Positions 51,572 through 61,534 of a DNA stretch of 64,000 bases are shown one piece after another. Numbering within the stretch: the first letter of the stretch is position 1; every line of letters begins with the position of its first letter. Source of the DNA: a virus. The stretch covers positions 1 through 64,000 of the IMG/VR virus record IMGVR_UViG_3300010151_007551; one strand, written 5' to 3'. A model generated the notes under the pieces. The model had not been told where the DNA came from, searched no databases, and saw only the letters and a list, made by a program, of their open reading frames with translations. Position numbers and translations under genes: made by a program.

Positions 51572-54511
51572 TTAGAAACTTGGAGTAAATCCTGAAGATT
51601 CAGAACTTAATTCTCCACCAACTCTTGTTATTGTTAATCTGTTAATAAACTTATGAATTCCTCTTGGGAAATCAACCGCTATGTCAACTATAGCTGTATT
51701 AGCTTCAATAACTTCAGCTGTATTGTTTGTACTATCAATAGTTACTTCATAAGATTGTACACCTCTTGCGTTTTGAACTGCATCCATGTAATTTTCTAAA
51801 ATGGTTTTAACTCTTAACCTTGTGATTTCATCATTGAAATCAAATAAGAAGTTTACTAATATTTGTTCAATATCTCTTTCAATAGTTGAAAGATTATCTC
51901 TAACATGAGCATTATTTAATGCAGAAGTTACTCTCTGATATGCTGTATTGTTTGTGAAAACAGTTATTCCAAAGCCTCTTCGTTTAACTATTAAGTTATG
52001 TCCAACTGGTTCTAAATAATCTCTATCTTCTTTTGTTAAATCATATTCCAATCCAACAATTTCAGGATCGCTTAAAATAGCTCTTTTTCCAGCTGTTATT
52101 AAGAAAGGAGTTCCATTTTTAAATTTTCTAACAAATGCATTTGAAACATAACCAGCTGGTGGAACTGCTTTATTTTTACCACCTTCTCTAATTAAAACAT
52201 ATGGCATCGCAAAATATGCATATGATGCCAATGGTACTCCATTATAGTCTCCACTTGGAAATTTAAATAAGAAACTAGGATTTAAACTAACGTCTCCTCC
52301 TTCTGAAATATATTGTGTAGATACGAGTTTATTAACAGTATCAATAAAACTAGGATCTACTGATTTTTCAAATTGCTCAAATGAAGGGTCATTAATAATT
52401 GCCATTACTTTTCCATTCATTGCTGCTAATTTTACTAAATAATATTTAGACGATGAAGAAATGCATCCTGCATATGAATCAACGATATATCTATAATCAA
52501 TTGTTTCTCTATCTGAAAGAGTTTGAGGAATCTTAGTATAGTCATATAAATATGATAAAATATCCTCTTGTCTTCCACATGTATTATTTGGCAACAATTC
52601 TGATCTAAGTTTAAATCCTCTTAGGAATTGTCCTTTAAGTGCTTCAACATAATTGTATACTCCTTTATAAACAGATATTTCATTTCCACTAACCTCTAGA
52701 CCATCTACTGCTTCTGCAGAAGGTGCCATCGTAGTTACAGTATATTCTAGTCTATATGGGCTTAATTCTTCACTTGACGTTATCGAAATAATTTTCAATA
52801 ATCTAGTTCTAGAATCTCCATCTAATCTCGCTTTAATATAATGATTAACTTTTATGAATTCATCTATTTCAGCTTTTTCTGCAACATTAGCGGTATTAAT
52901 ACCTAATACTAATTTATTAGGTTGAGTTATTGTGAAATCTGTAAAATAATTAGTATCAGCTAAATCAAATACTTTTTTGAAATTACTACCGTTTTGTAAT
53001 TCATATTTAATATAGTCATCTCCATCAATGTAATAGTTTACACTTATTTGATTTAATAAACTATTATCTTGATATGTGTATATTTTAATGTATGAATATT
53101 CTTTTCCATCATCAAGTATGGCTTTAAATCCATCTTCTATTTTAGAATAGTATGTATTTACTCCATCCACTGATGTATCATTAGTTTTTAAGAAACCTCC
53201 AACATATGCTTCATATACTTTACTTCCTTCCATAGCTATCATGTATTCGACAGCAGCTGTTACTCTAACAAAGTCATCTGCTTCAACTAGTGTGAAATCT
53301 CCTGCTGCTTTAGCGATATCTATTTTATTAACTAGATTATCATCGCCTGGTCTACTATAGCTTACTACGCTAATTAGTGGAGTAGGGTCTGCGTCTGATC
53401 CATCTGGGTTTTTTCCACCTGTATCTATGGTATATACGTCATCTGTATTTAATGCATCATATCCATAGCCTACTATGTCAACTCTGTGTGTTGACATTTC
53501 AATATCATTAAATGTATCGTCTTCTAAGTCTATTAAATCTAGTTTATCTCTATCTAATGCACAAAGAATACCTGTGCTAGCAAATAATCTATTTACTAAC
53601 GTATCAATTGATGAATTTGTTCCAGATTGATCTTTAAAATCAGGTATTAGTGATCCAGTTACTCTTGCAATTGCTTTTACCTCTGGTAAAGCAATGAAGT
53701 TTGATATTTCAGAATCCATTAGTCCTGCTTCATCAAAAAATTGACCAAACGTTGGATCTTTTGCTAATTTTAAATTATTTGACCAGTCTCCCTCTACCAT
53801 AATCACCTCTACAAAGTAATCAGATATAAAATCATCTGGTGATACGAAATTTGGAAAATCTATGTCTTCTCCAAAGCTAGCATACCATTCTCTAGCTGTT
53901 ACGTCAAATCCTGATATACCTGCTCTCTTAACCCAAAGTGTCATATTGCTACTTCCCGTGTTAACAAAGCTTAATATTTTATTGGATGCAATTGATGCGT
54001 TACCAAATGCTCCAGGGTTTAGGATAAAATCATCTCCTAACGCTAAATTTTTAGATCTATTTAGACTGTCTTCATCTGCATACCATAGTTTATTTCTATT
54101 AAAGAACTCTATCATTGGATATTGATATGGTGCGCTGTTTGAATTATTAGATGAGCTTTCACAGTTAAATGTTGTAAACGATGCTTGATCTTTATTCGCA
54201 ACTGTGTCTGTGTCATTATCTAACGGCCAAACATTCAGTGCAAAAACGGGACCTTCTCTTAATGCAACTTCGATAGTTCTATGAAAATAACTTCCTTGTT
54301 TTTCTAATTGCGAATCTCTGTCTCCGTAAACTGCTTTTAATGTTCTTAAGTCATTTATTAAAACCACAGTATTGAATGGACCTTGTCTACTTGATCCAAT
54401 TATTAATCTTCCGGTGGTTAAAGGCAAGGCGGTGCCTTGACTTTGGTCTATCTCAACAGTATATACCCCGCTGGATTTAAAATTGTTTAAGTTTAATACT
54501 TTTTCGGCCAT
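51572..54511 (-). CDS. Contractile tail sheath protein (T4 gp18-like, 979 aa)
   Basis: N-terminal SGVYTVEID and GPFN motifs; C-terminal VPPAGYVS, DRDYL, SALN..HVR, FLFDFND..TR and D.TNNT.EVI. Confidence 0.92.
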   Translation of the reverse strand: MAEKVLNLNNFKSSGVYTVEIDQSQGTALPLTTGRLIIGSSRQGPFNTVVLINDLRTLKAVYGDRDSQLEKQGSYFHRTIEVALREGPVFALNVWPLDNDTDTVANKDQASFTTFNCESSSNNSNSAPYQYPMIEFFNRNKLWYADEDSLNRSKNLALGDDFILNPGAFGNASIASNKILSFVNTGSSNMTLWVKRAGISGFDVTAREWYASFGEDIDFPNFVSPDDFISDYFVEVIMVEGDWSNNLKLAKDPTFGQFFDEAGLMDSEISNFIALPEVKAIARVTGSLIPDFKDQSGTNSSIDTLVNRLFASTGILCALDRDKLDLIDLEDDTFNDIEMSTHRVDIVGYGYDALNTDDVYTIDTGGKNPDGSDADPTPLISVVSYSRPGDDNLVNKIDIAKAAGDFTLVEADDFVRVTAAVEYMIAMEGSKVYEAYVGGFLKTNDTSVDGVNTYYSKIEDGFKAILDDGKEYSYIKIYTYQDNSLLNQISVNYYIDGDDYIKYELQNGSNFKKVFDLADTNYFTDFTITQPNKLVLGINTANVAEKAEIDEFIKVNHYIKARLDGDSRTRLLKIISITSSEELSPYRLEYTVTTMAPSAEAVDGLEVSGNEISVYKGVYNYVEALKGQFLRGFKLRSELLPNNTCGRQEDILSYLYDYTKIPQTLSDRETIDYRYIVDSYAGCISSSSKYYLVKLAAMNGKVMAIINDPSFEQFEKSVDPSFIDTVNKLVSTQYISEGGDVSLNPSFLFKFPSGDYNGVPLASYAYFAMPYVLIREGGKNKAVPPAGYVSNAFVRKFKNGTPFLITAGKRAILSDPEIVGLEYDLTKEDRDYLEPVGHNLIVKRRGFGITVFTNNTAYQRVTSALNNAHVRDNLSTIERDIEQILVNFLFDFNDEITRLRVKTILENYMDAVQNARGVQSYEVTIDSTNNTAEVIEANTAIVDIAVDFPRGIHKFINRLTITRVGGELSSESSGFTPSF

Positions 54512-54641
54512 TGCTTATACTATATTTTTAATTATTTATCCCATATATAGAGCAATAAAATTAAAAATACAAAAAAATAAACCTTTTGCAAATAAACAGT
54601 AGAATATTAAAAATTATAAAACAAATAAATATAAGCTAACA

Positions 54642-55145
54642 ATGAGAATATTTAAAATTAGAAACGTGAAGACTCCAACGAGGGGAACTAACATGTCAGC
54701 GGGTATTGATTTATACATACCAGAAGATTTTTATATTAAAAGAGGAGATACGCTACATCCTGCTCCTTTATATGATAAAGGCACTGGGTCCTTTAAAATA
54801 GAGCCTGGCAAATCTGTATTGATTCCATCTGGAATAAAGATAAATGTTCCAAAAGATAGAGCATTGATAGCTTTTAACAAGAGTGGAGTAGCTGTTAATA
54901 AAAATTTAATAGTTGGTGCATGTGTAATAGATGAAGATTATACAGGTGAAATACATATAGATGTAAAAAATGTTGGATCAGAATCTACTTGGATACAGGC
55001 CGGTGATAAAATAATTCAATTAATTTGCATGCCAGTTGATTACGTAAATATAGAAGAGTGCAATTCAGAACTAGAATGCTTTGGAGACACCTTAGTTTTA
55101 TCTGAAAGAGGAGAAGGCGGATTCGGTTCCACGGGAACAAAATAA
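54642..55145 (+). CDS. dut: Trimeric dUTPase
   Basis: Motifs SAGIDL, KSG, VIDEDYTGEI, GDKIIQ and RGEGGFGSTG. Confidence 0.95.
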   Translation: MRIFKIRNVKTPTRGTNMSAGIDLYIPEDFYIKRGDTLHPAPLYDKGTGSFKIEPGKSVLIPSGIKINVPKDRALIAFNKSGVAVNKNLIVGACVIDEDYTGEIHIDVKNVGSESTWIQAGDKIIQLICMPVDYVNIEECNSELECFGDTLVLSERGEGGFGSTGTK

Positions 55146-55160
55146 AAAAACAAAAGAAAA

Positions 55161-55421
55161 ATGAAAGTAATAGGAAACGATAACAATCAAGAACCAACAC
55201 AAGGTCCACAGGACATGCCGCCTGGTATGAACGTAAATTTAAAGGATGCAGAAGACGTAAAGTGTGAAGAATGTGGAAGTTTAGTTTTTCAAGAAAAAAT
55301 AATGATAAAAAAAGTATCTAAGTTCGCAACAGGTTCTACGAGAGATACCATTGCGCCAATTCCAGTAATAGCGTGTGCTAAATGTAATCACATTAATAAA
55401 ATGTTCATTCCAAATGTATAA
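55161..55421 (+). CDS. Small zinc-ribbon protein
   Basis: CEECG ... CAKCNH. Confidence 0.75.
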   Translation: MKVIGNDNNQEPTQGPQDMPPGMNVNLKDAEDVKCEECGSLVFQEKIMIKKVSKFATGSTRDTIAPIPVIACAKCNHINKMFIPNV

Positions 55422-55424
55422 AAT

Positions 55425-56831
55425 ATGATAATTGGATGCGAGTATAATGAAAAAGTTCAATCTTTATTAGTATCATATTATAATAAAGAAGGTAAAATAT
55501 CATTTTTACAGAAAAAATTACACAAATCAGATTTATTTAATTGGAATATTTCTAAAACGCCAACTGTTGACAAAAATTGGGACGGTAGATATATTAAAAG
55601 GGCACCGTCTTCTGGTAAATGGATATCTCAATTTAGAATAGAAGAACTAATTAACGATAAATTCTCTGTGAATGAAAAGAATGCCATCTATGATATGGAT
55701 AACTTTCCCATTAAAACATTTTTAGATATTGAAATAGAATTAATAGATGATACGTTTCCAACTCCAGAACAAGCAAAAATGCCAGTTAATCTTATAACCT
55801 TTTGTAATAATAAGAATAAGTGCTTTGTTTTATCAACAATGGAAAGAGGATTAGACTCTAAGTTTTCATCATCTGATTTATCCAATGATGTACATGAACA
55901 TTTTAAAAAAGTAAAACCTTTAAGCGATTCTGATTCTGAAATATTAACTCAAAAATTTGATATTAAGTATCTTACTTTTGAATCAGAGAAAGAGATGATG
56001 ACATTTTTTTTCGAAAAGGTGCTAAATAGATTATCTTTTATTACAGGATGGAATGTAATAAAATTCGATTGGGTTTATTTAATGAATAGATGTAAAAGAT
56101 TAGGAATTGATCCATTTAAAAAACTACCCAGTGAAAGAGTAATTTCAAAAAGAACAAAGATTCCATTACACACTGGCATATTGGATTATATGGAAATGGT
56201 TATGCAAATGAAACCATTTAAAGTTATTGAAAACTATACTTTAGATTATTTTGCTAATTTATCATTGGGCGTTACAAAATTAAAAAGTAAATATAGTTCA
56301 ATGAAAGAAGCTCAATCTAACATGTTTGAATTTACAAAATATAATATAATAGACGTACTTCTTGTTAAAATGATAGACGATAAACTGGGTTTAATAGACG
56401 TGGCCCTATCTTTATCTGGAGTGGCTAATATTGAAGTTAATAAAGTGTTTAGCCCAGTTCATATTACTGAAATGTTAATGTGCAGAGAATTTCTAAGATC
56501 TGGATTAAAAATGGCAAAGGATGGAAAACCAGTTGGTATAAATGATTCAGAGTCATATGCAGGTGCATTTGTAATGCCAGTTGTGCCAGGTCATTATGAC
56601 TTAGTAGCATGTTATGATTTTGCTTCAATGTATCCTAATATACAAATGCAATATAATATTTCTCCAGATTCATATATCGGTAAACTCAACGGTTCGCATG
56701 AAGCCGGTGAAAACATTTTTACTAAAAATGACACGATCTTTGCAAAAAACAAAGATTCTGTAGCTAGAACAATATTAAACAGGTTATATAATGAAAGGGT
56801 TAAAACTAAGAAACAAATGAAAACTTTGTAA
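55425..56831 (+). CDS. Family B DNA polymerase, N-terminal subunit of a split gene (exo domain + motif A)
   Basis: Has FLDIE, GWNVIKFD, YNIIDV, YAGAFV and YDFASMYPNI. It ends at ERVKTKKQMKTL, before the KxxxNSxYG and YGDTDS motifs. Confidence 0.88.
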   Translation: MIIGCEYNEKVQSLLVSYYNKEGKISFLQKKLHKSDLFNWNISKTPTVDKNWDGRYIKRAPSSGKWISQFRIEELINDKFSVNEKNAIYDMDNFPIKTFLDIEIELIDDTFPTPEQAKMPVNLITFCNNKNKCFVLSTMERGLDSKFSSSDLSNDVHEHFKKVKPLSDSDSEILTQKFDIKYLTFESEKEMMTFFFEKVLNRLSFITGWNVIKFDWVYLMNRCKRLGIDPFKKLPSERVISKRTKIPLHTGILDYMEMVMQMKPFKVIENYTLDYFANLSLGVTKLKSKYSSMKEAQSNMFEFTKYNIIDVLLVKMIDDKLGLIDVALSLSGVANIEVNKVFSPVHITEMLMCREFLRSGLKMAKDGKPVGINDSESYAGAFVMPVVPGHYDLVACYDFASMYPNIQMQYNISPDSYIGKLNGSHEAGENIFTKNDTIFAKNKDSVARTILNRLYNERVKTKKQMKTL

Positions 56832-56832
56832 T

Positions 56833-57045
56833 TTGAAAAAAAACAATGAAATATTACAGTGGATAGCCGGTTTTATTGAAAATAAGAAAACCATTACAGA
56901 AAAAGAAGTAAAAAATATAAAGAAACGTATAATGACTTCTGAAAAATTTATTGTTTCTCAGATCGATATTGAAAAATATCACTTTAAATATAAAAGCGAT
57001 AGTTCAATACCTTTTGATAAATATAACATTGTGTATAATGAATAA
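56833..57045 (+). CDS. Small hypothetical protein
   Basis: 70-aa ORF (TTG start) abutting the polymerase stop codon. Confidence 0.5.
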   Translation: MKKNNEILQWIAGFIENKKTITEKEVKNIKKRIMTSEKFIVSQIDIEKYHFKYKSDSSIPFDKYNIVYNE

Positions 57046-57850
57046 TTTAATAAATGGTATAAAGTCACTGTTTAAAAAAAACTATAAAAAAATGAATACC
57101 GAAAGATTAATAAGTCTAAAAGAAAATTTCACAGGGCAGAAGTTTCAATGGATAAAAACAAAAGATACTAGCTTAAGAGGAAAAATTGTTAAGTGCAAAG
57201 ATATAGAAGCAAGAGGAAATAAATTTATAGCATATTTCAATGATGGTTCTAAAATAGATGCAGAACTATTAAATAGAAATCTCATGTTGATTGGAGAAGG
57301 AATGGCACAACTTTCAATTGATGAAATAAATTCTATAAACGGTCCAGCTGTTCCTCCATCTAGCAGTAAAAGGCCTCCTCTTGAAAAATCTGCGAGCGGA
57401 GGTGGTCCTATCTCCATGCCAGATGATTTAAAACAGTTTCAGACGCCTCCAACTAAACACGCGCCTAATATTTCTCCAAAAGTAAACGTAACTAAACAAA
57501 CTGAAAAGAAGGCATCGGCGTCAAATATGTTTAGTATGTTTAATGCTGATGAAACGGACTTGCCATTAAATGTTAAAATAAAAATACCTAATAAAAAACT
57601 TTTAAAGTTAATGTATGAAAATGCAGATAATAAAAATAAATTTTTAATGGATCTATCTGAACACGTTTATTCCAAGATAAATAACAATATAGTTAAAGAT
57701 TCATTGGAAAAAATGTTAGTTCCTGTTTCTAGGAAGACTACTACTAAAAAAGATACAATAGTTATTTCTTCCAATGTTTCTACTTCTAAAAAAGATAAAC
57801 CTATTATAGATGGTTCTGTAGAGGTTACTGAAATAGAAAATGGAAAATGA
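57038..57850 (+). CDS. Hypothetical protein
   Basis: Two globular regions joined by a Pro/Ser-rich linker; the ATG at 57038 overlaps the previous ORF. Confidence 0.65.
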   Translation: MNNLINGIKSLFKKNYKKMNTERLISLKENFTGQKFQWIKTKDTSLRGKIVKCKDIEARGNKFIAYFNDGSKIDAELLNRNLMLIGEGMAQLSIDEINSINGPAVPPSSSKRPPLEKSASGGGPISMPDDLKQFQTPPTKHAPNISPKVNVTKQTEKKASASNMFSMFNADETDLPLNVKIKIPNKKLLKLMYENADNKNKFLMDLSEHVYSKINNNIVKDSLEKMLVPVSRKTTTKKDTIVISSNVSTSKKDKPIIDGSVEVTEIENGK

Positions 57851-58409
57851 AAAAATACAGTTTGTAAAATCTAATTTATACAACGACGATAGTTTTGAAT
57901 TAGTTTCAATAAATGCCGGTGATGATACCTTGAAAAAAGGAAGGTGTAAATCTGAAGCAGTATGCATTCTCCCATTTGATTTAAGTGAACAAAATAAAAT
58001 AAAGGATTTATATTTATTAAAACAAGAAGATTTCTTTAATAAAAATGTAATTCGTACTTGTTTAACAGAAGACATTAATGATAGCATAGATGATGATTCA
58101 TTTGATACATTTAAGCGATGTATTCATAAAGATTTAGCAATTAAAAATTTTAATAATATAGATTCATGTTATTATCTTGGAAAAATATCTCACACTGATC
58201 CCATAGTAAAGGATTATTATTGTTATGGAATATGTTTAAATGATTATATAAAGGGTCCTAATGGATTTACACCCGACCTTCCTACAGAAGAAGTTAATGG
58301 TAAATATTATACTTTAGATAAAATAAGGTTTTCTAAAGCTATAAAGGGCGAGGTGAACGATTCACTGGTATTATCTTCGTGCATGCTATTAATATCTTAT
58401 ATTTCGTAA
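57840..58409 (+). CDS. Degenerate Nudix-fold-like protein
   Basis: EAVCILPF...DDSFDTFKRCIHKDLAI...YLGKI matches the ADP-ribose-pyrophosphatase layout, but the RElxEExG catalytic glutamates are missing. Confidence 0.45.
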   Translation: MENEKIQFVKSNLYNDDSFELVSINAGDDTLKKGRCKSEAVCILPFDLSEQNKIKDLYLLKQEDFFNKNVIRTCLTEDINDSIDDDSFDTFKRCIHKDLAIKNFNNIDSCYYLGKISHTDPIVKDYYCYGICLNDYIKGPNGFTPDLPTEEVNGKYYTLDKIRFSKAIKGEVNDSLVLSSCMLLISYIS

Positions 58410-58462
58410 AACCGTTACGTTATTTTTAGTAAAAAATACTAACTAAAAATAAATTAACACAA

Positions 58463-59656
58463 ATGTCAAGAAATACAAAGGAATTACTTTCAGCTTTCAG
58501 TAAATTTAATGATAAATTAGAAAAAACCACTAAGGGAAGAGTTAAGCTTAGGGGTTTTTCTGACATAGATGAATATATTAATACTGGAAATTATCTTTTA
58601 AATGCCCAAATGTCAGGTTCATTAAGAGGAGGTTATCCAAATGCAAGAAGCCTTGGAATAGGCGGAGATTCTGGAACAGGCAAAACTTTTTTATGTATGA
58701 ACGCTATTAAAAATGCCCAAGACATGGGATATGCAGCCTTTTATATAGACACAGAAGGCGCATTAGATTCCAATGACTTTGAAAAATTTGGTATCGATAT
58801 TGAATTATTAAATTATAAAAGAATGGGATTAATATCAGAAGTAAAGTTTTTTATAGATGATATTATAAAAATGGCTGAAGAAACACCTGGTCTTAAAATG
58901 ATGATAGTTGTAGATTCTTTAACTATGTTAGAAACAAATAAGGAAGTGGCTGATAGAAAAGCTGGAAAGAATGCCCAGGACATGGGATTAAGAGCAAAGG
59001 AACTACGGCAACTTTTTAAATCGTTCACATTAGACTTATCTAATTTAAAAGTTCCATTATTATTTACTGCTCATACTTATTCCGGACAAGATCAATATAC
59101 TCCTAAACAAATGAGCGGAGGCGGTGGACCTCTCTATTCTGCAAGTGTTGTCATGATGTTAGGAAAAGGACATTTGAAAGATGATAATAAAACAAAAACT
59201 GGCGTTATAGTTAGAAGTACAACTGATAAGAACAGATTAGCTAAACCCGATAAAATAGAATTTCATATAAGCTTCCACAAAGGAATGAATCCGTATGTTG
59301 GTCTTCAAGATTATATAAGTTGGGAAAACTGTGGAGTAGGGAGGGGAAATAAACTTACTGAAAAAGAATTTAATAAATTAAAGGGAGCAGAGGCCGATGA
59401 ATGCTCAATGTTTGAAGTAGAAGGAGAAAAGTTTTATTTTTTACCAAAGGAAAGAGCTAGGAACTATATAATTAAACATTCAGGAAACATAGTTCCTACA
59501 CGAGAAATATTTACAGATAAAGTTTTTACAAGCGAAGTAATAGATGAATTAGATAAAAATATAATAATTCCAAAGTTTAGATATAGTAGTTTAAATGATG
59601 TACTAAATGAAGAGTTAACAGAATTAGAAAATTTAGATAATGCAGACATCGATTAA
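58463..59656 (+). CDS. uvsX: UvsX/RecA-like recombinase
   Basis: Motifs NTGNYLLNA.MSG, Walker A GDSGTGKT, YIDTEGA, VVDSL and SGGGG..YSAS. Confidence 0.92.
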   Translation: MSRNTKELLSAFSKFNDKLEKTTKGRVKLRGFSDIDEYINTGNYLLNAQMSGSLRGGYPNARSLGIGGDSGTGKTFLCMNAIKNAQDMGYAAFYIDTEGALDSNDFEKFGIDIELLNYKRMGLISEVKFFIDDIIKMAEETPGLKMMIVVDSLTMLETNKEVADRKAGKNAQDMGLRAKELRQLFKSFTLDLSNLKVPLLFTAHTYSGQDQYTPKQMSGGGGPLYSASVVMMLGKGHLKDDNKTKTGVIVRSTTDKNRLAKPDKIEFHISFHKGMNPYVGLQDYISWENCGVGRGNKLTEKEFNKLKGAEADECSMFEVEGEKFYFLPKERARNYIIKHSGNIVPTREIFTDKVFTSEVIDELDKNIIIPKFRYSSLNDVLNEELTELENLDNADID

Positions 59657-60008
59657 AACTAAAATAAAAATTAAAGATAATCTTAAATTAAAATATTATT
59701 TGGGTTTACATTTAAGAGGAGGTTATTCTAATAATGATTCAGTTTTATTTGAGTTAATAAACTATATTATATCAAATAATGTTGAAAATAAAGATAAAAA
59801 TATATCTTATTCAAATTTAAAATTTTCTATAAAAACATTAAAATACATTTTCGGGGAAGATATTTTAAACGATGATTTTAAAAATCAAATTATTTTTAGT
59901 ATTAAAGAGTTAATTAAAGATAAAAAAATAGATGTTAATAAAAAATATTTTCATATAACTGAAGATGGAATTAACACCTTTTATAACATAAATGGTAAAT
60001 ATAAATGA
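59640..60008 (+). CDS. Hypothetical protein (possible winged helix)
   Basis: 122-aa ORF overlapping both neighbours; C-terminal L....I......ITE.G pattern. Confidence 0.55.
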   Translation: MQTSIKTKIKIKDNLKLKYYLGLHLRGGYSNNDSVLFELINYIISNNVENKDKNISYSNLKFSIKTLKYIFGEDILNDDFKNQIIFSIKELIKDKKIDVNKKYFHITEDGINTFYNINGKYK

Positions 60009-61519
60009 TAGAATTTATTGAAAATATAGAGCTTCTTGAAAAAATGATTTGGAATTTCGTTTTAAATCCCAATACGGATGAAGATTTATTAAAACCAAGC
60101 AACGGAGAAGAGTTTCTTGATAAAAACGAATTGATAGTTAAAATAAAATCTAAGTACTTTCAAAACGAAGACTTGGAGTTAACTTGGAAACACGCATCTA
60201 TGTTTTTTAAGGAATATAAAAAGATTCCAACTAAAAAAGATTTACGTCAGTATTTAGATATAAAGAATCAAGAGATTAGCGATTCTGTTTTCAATGAAAT
60301 TTATAATTATAATTTATCAGAATACAATTATAGTTTTTTATATAAATATGTAAAATCATTTATATTATTGAGAAGCTTAAATGTCACAATGATAGATCTT
60401 CTTACTATGTTAAAGACAACGGATATTAATCCAGATAATATAGAAGAAGTAATAAACAGGGTTAGAAATTCTATAAATGACAAGTTGTCTGTTAATTTTG
60501 AATCGGGAAGATCGGGTTTAAATTTTTTAAATCCACTTCATCATATTCAAATATCTAAGGAAGGACTTCCGACAGGTTTTGCGTTTTTTGATAAAACACA
60601 AGGTGGTGGATGGAATCCTAAAACATTAGTTGTTTTTCAAGGTAGACCCAAGGTGGGAAAGTCTATTGTTCTAGGTAATATTGCTACTAGATCGTTTTTA
60701 TCTGGAGTAAACACTGGTGTCGTTACCGTTGAGCTTTCTGAAAATAAATATATGAAAAGATTAGGTTCTAATATATTGGAAATAAAATCAGTTGAGTATG
60801 ATAAATTTACTCAAAAAGAGGCTATGGATAAATTATTTAATAAATTAAAAATATTTAAAGAGTCAGGTAATTCCTATGGTGAATTGATAATAAAAGAATT
60901 TCCAACAGGTGGCGCTACAGCAATTGATATAGAAAATTATTTTATACGACAGGAAAAAGAATTAAATAAAAAGTTTAGAGTAATAGTTGTAGATTATATT
61001 AATTTAATGAGACCTATTAAAGAACAGGGTGGACTATATGAAAAAATAAAAGTTATATCTGAGGAATTAAGAGGAGTTGCTATGAGAAATGAATGGTGTT
61101 TAATAACAGCTACTCAAATAAAACGAGATTCCATTGATGATTTTGATTTAGGAATGGATTCTGTTGCTGAATCATTTGGTTTAATACACACCGTTGATAC
61201 TCTATATGGATTAATGAGAGGTCCCCTTGAACAGCGAATGAAAATAAAACTAATAGCGAATAGAGATAATGGATATGAAGAAAGCTATAGGTTTTACGAT
61301 ATGCACAAAGATTACATGAGATTAGCTGAATCGTTTGGAGAAAATAGTGAATATTATAGCGATGACGATCAGCTTCATCAAATGGAAGATGATCTTAGAA
61401 GATCTTATAAATCTCTGTCTGCTTCTAATAATGGAGATGAAGAAAATTCTGTTCATGCAGTTGAACTTTCTTCAGAAAAAACTACAAGTGAATATGATGA
61501 TTTATTAAATCAGATTTAA
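60005..61519 (+). CDS. T4 gp41 / DnaB-like replicative helicase
   Basis: Motifs PTGF..FD....GG, Walker A GRPKVGKS, IKEFPTG, VVDYINLM, TATQ and AESFGL..T.D. Confidence 0.93.
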   Translation: MIEFIENIELLEKMIWNFVLNPNTDEDLLKPSNGEEFLDKNELIVKIKSKYFQNEDLELTWKHASMFFKEYKKIPTKKDLRQYLDIKNQEISDSVFNEIYNYNLSEYNYSFLYKYVKSFILLRSLNVTMIDLLTMLKTTDINPDNIEEVINRVRNSINDKLSVNFESGRSGLNFLNPLHHIQISKEGLPTGFAFFDKTQGGGWNPKTLVVFQGRPKVGKSIVLGNIATRSFLSGVNTGVVTVELSENKYMKRLGSNILEIKSVEYDKFTQKEAMDKLFNKLKIFKESGNSYGELIIKEFPTGGATAIDIENYFIRQEKELNKKFRVIVVDYINLMRPIKEQGGLYEKIKVISEELRGVAMRNEWCLITATQIKRDSIDDFDLGMDSVAESFGLIHTVDTLYGLMRGPLEQRMKIKLIANRDNGYEESYRFYDMHKDYMRLAESFGENSEYYSDDDQLHQMEDDLRRSYKSLSASNNGDEENSVHAVELSSEKTTSEYDDLLNQI

Positions 61520-61534
61520 AATAATATAATTACG

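Noticed and set aside
51035-51595. ORFs 51035-51259 (-) and 51413-51595 (+) as proteins
   Set aside because: They are short with atypical composition and overlap a structured RNA and a terminator, so they are most likely spurious.
39605-61519. Inteins or introns in nrdJ, polB, uvsX or the helicase
   Set aside because: Motif spacing and lengths are normal, with no intein splice-junction or LAGLIDADG/HNH insertions seen.
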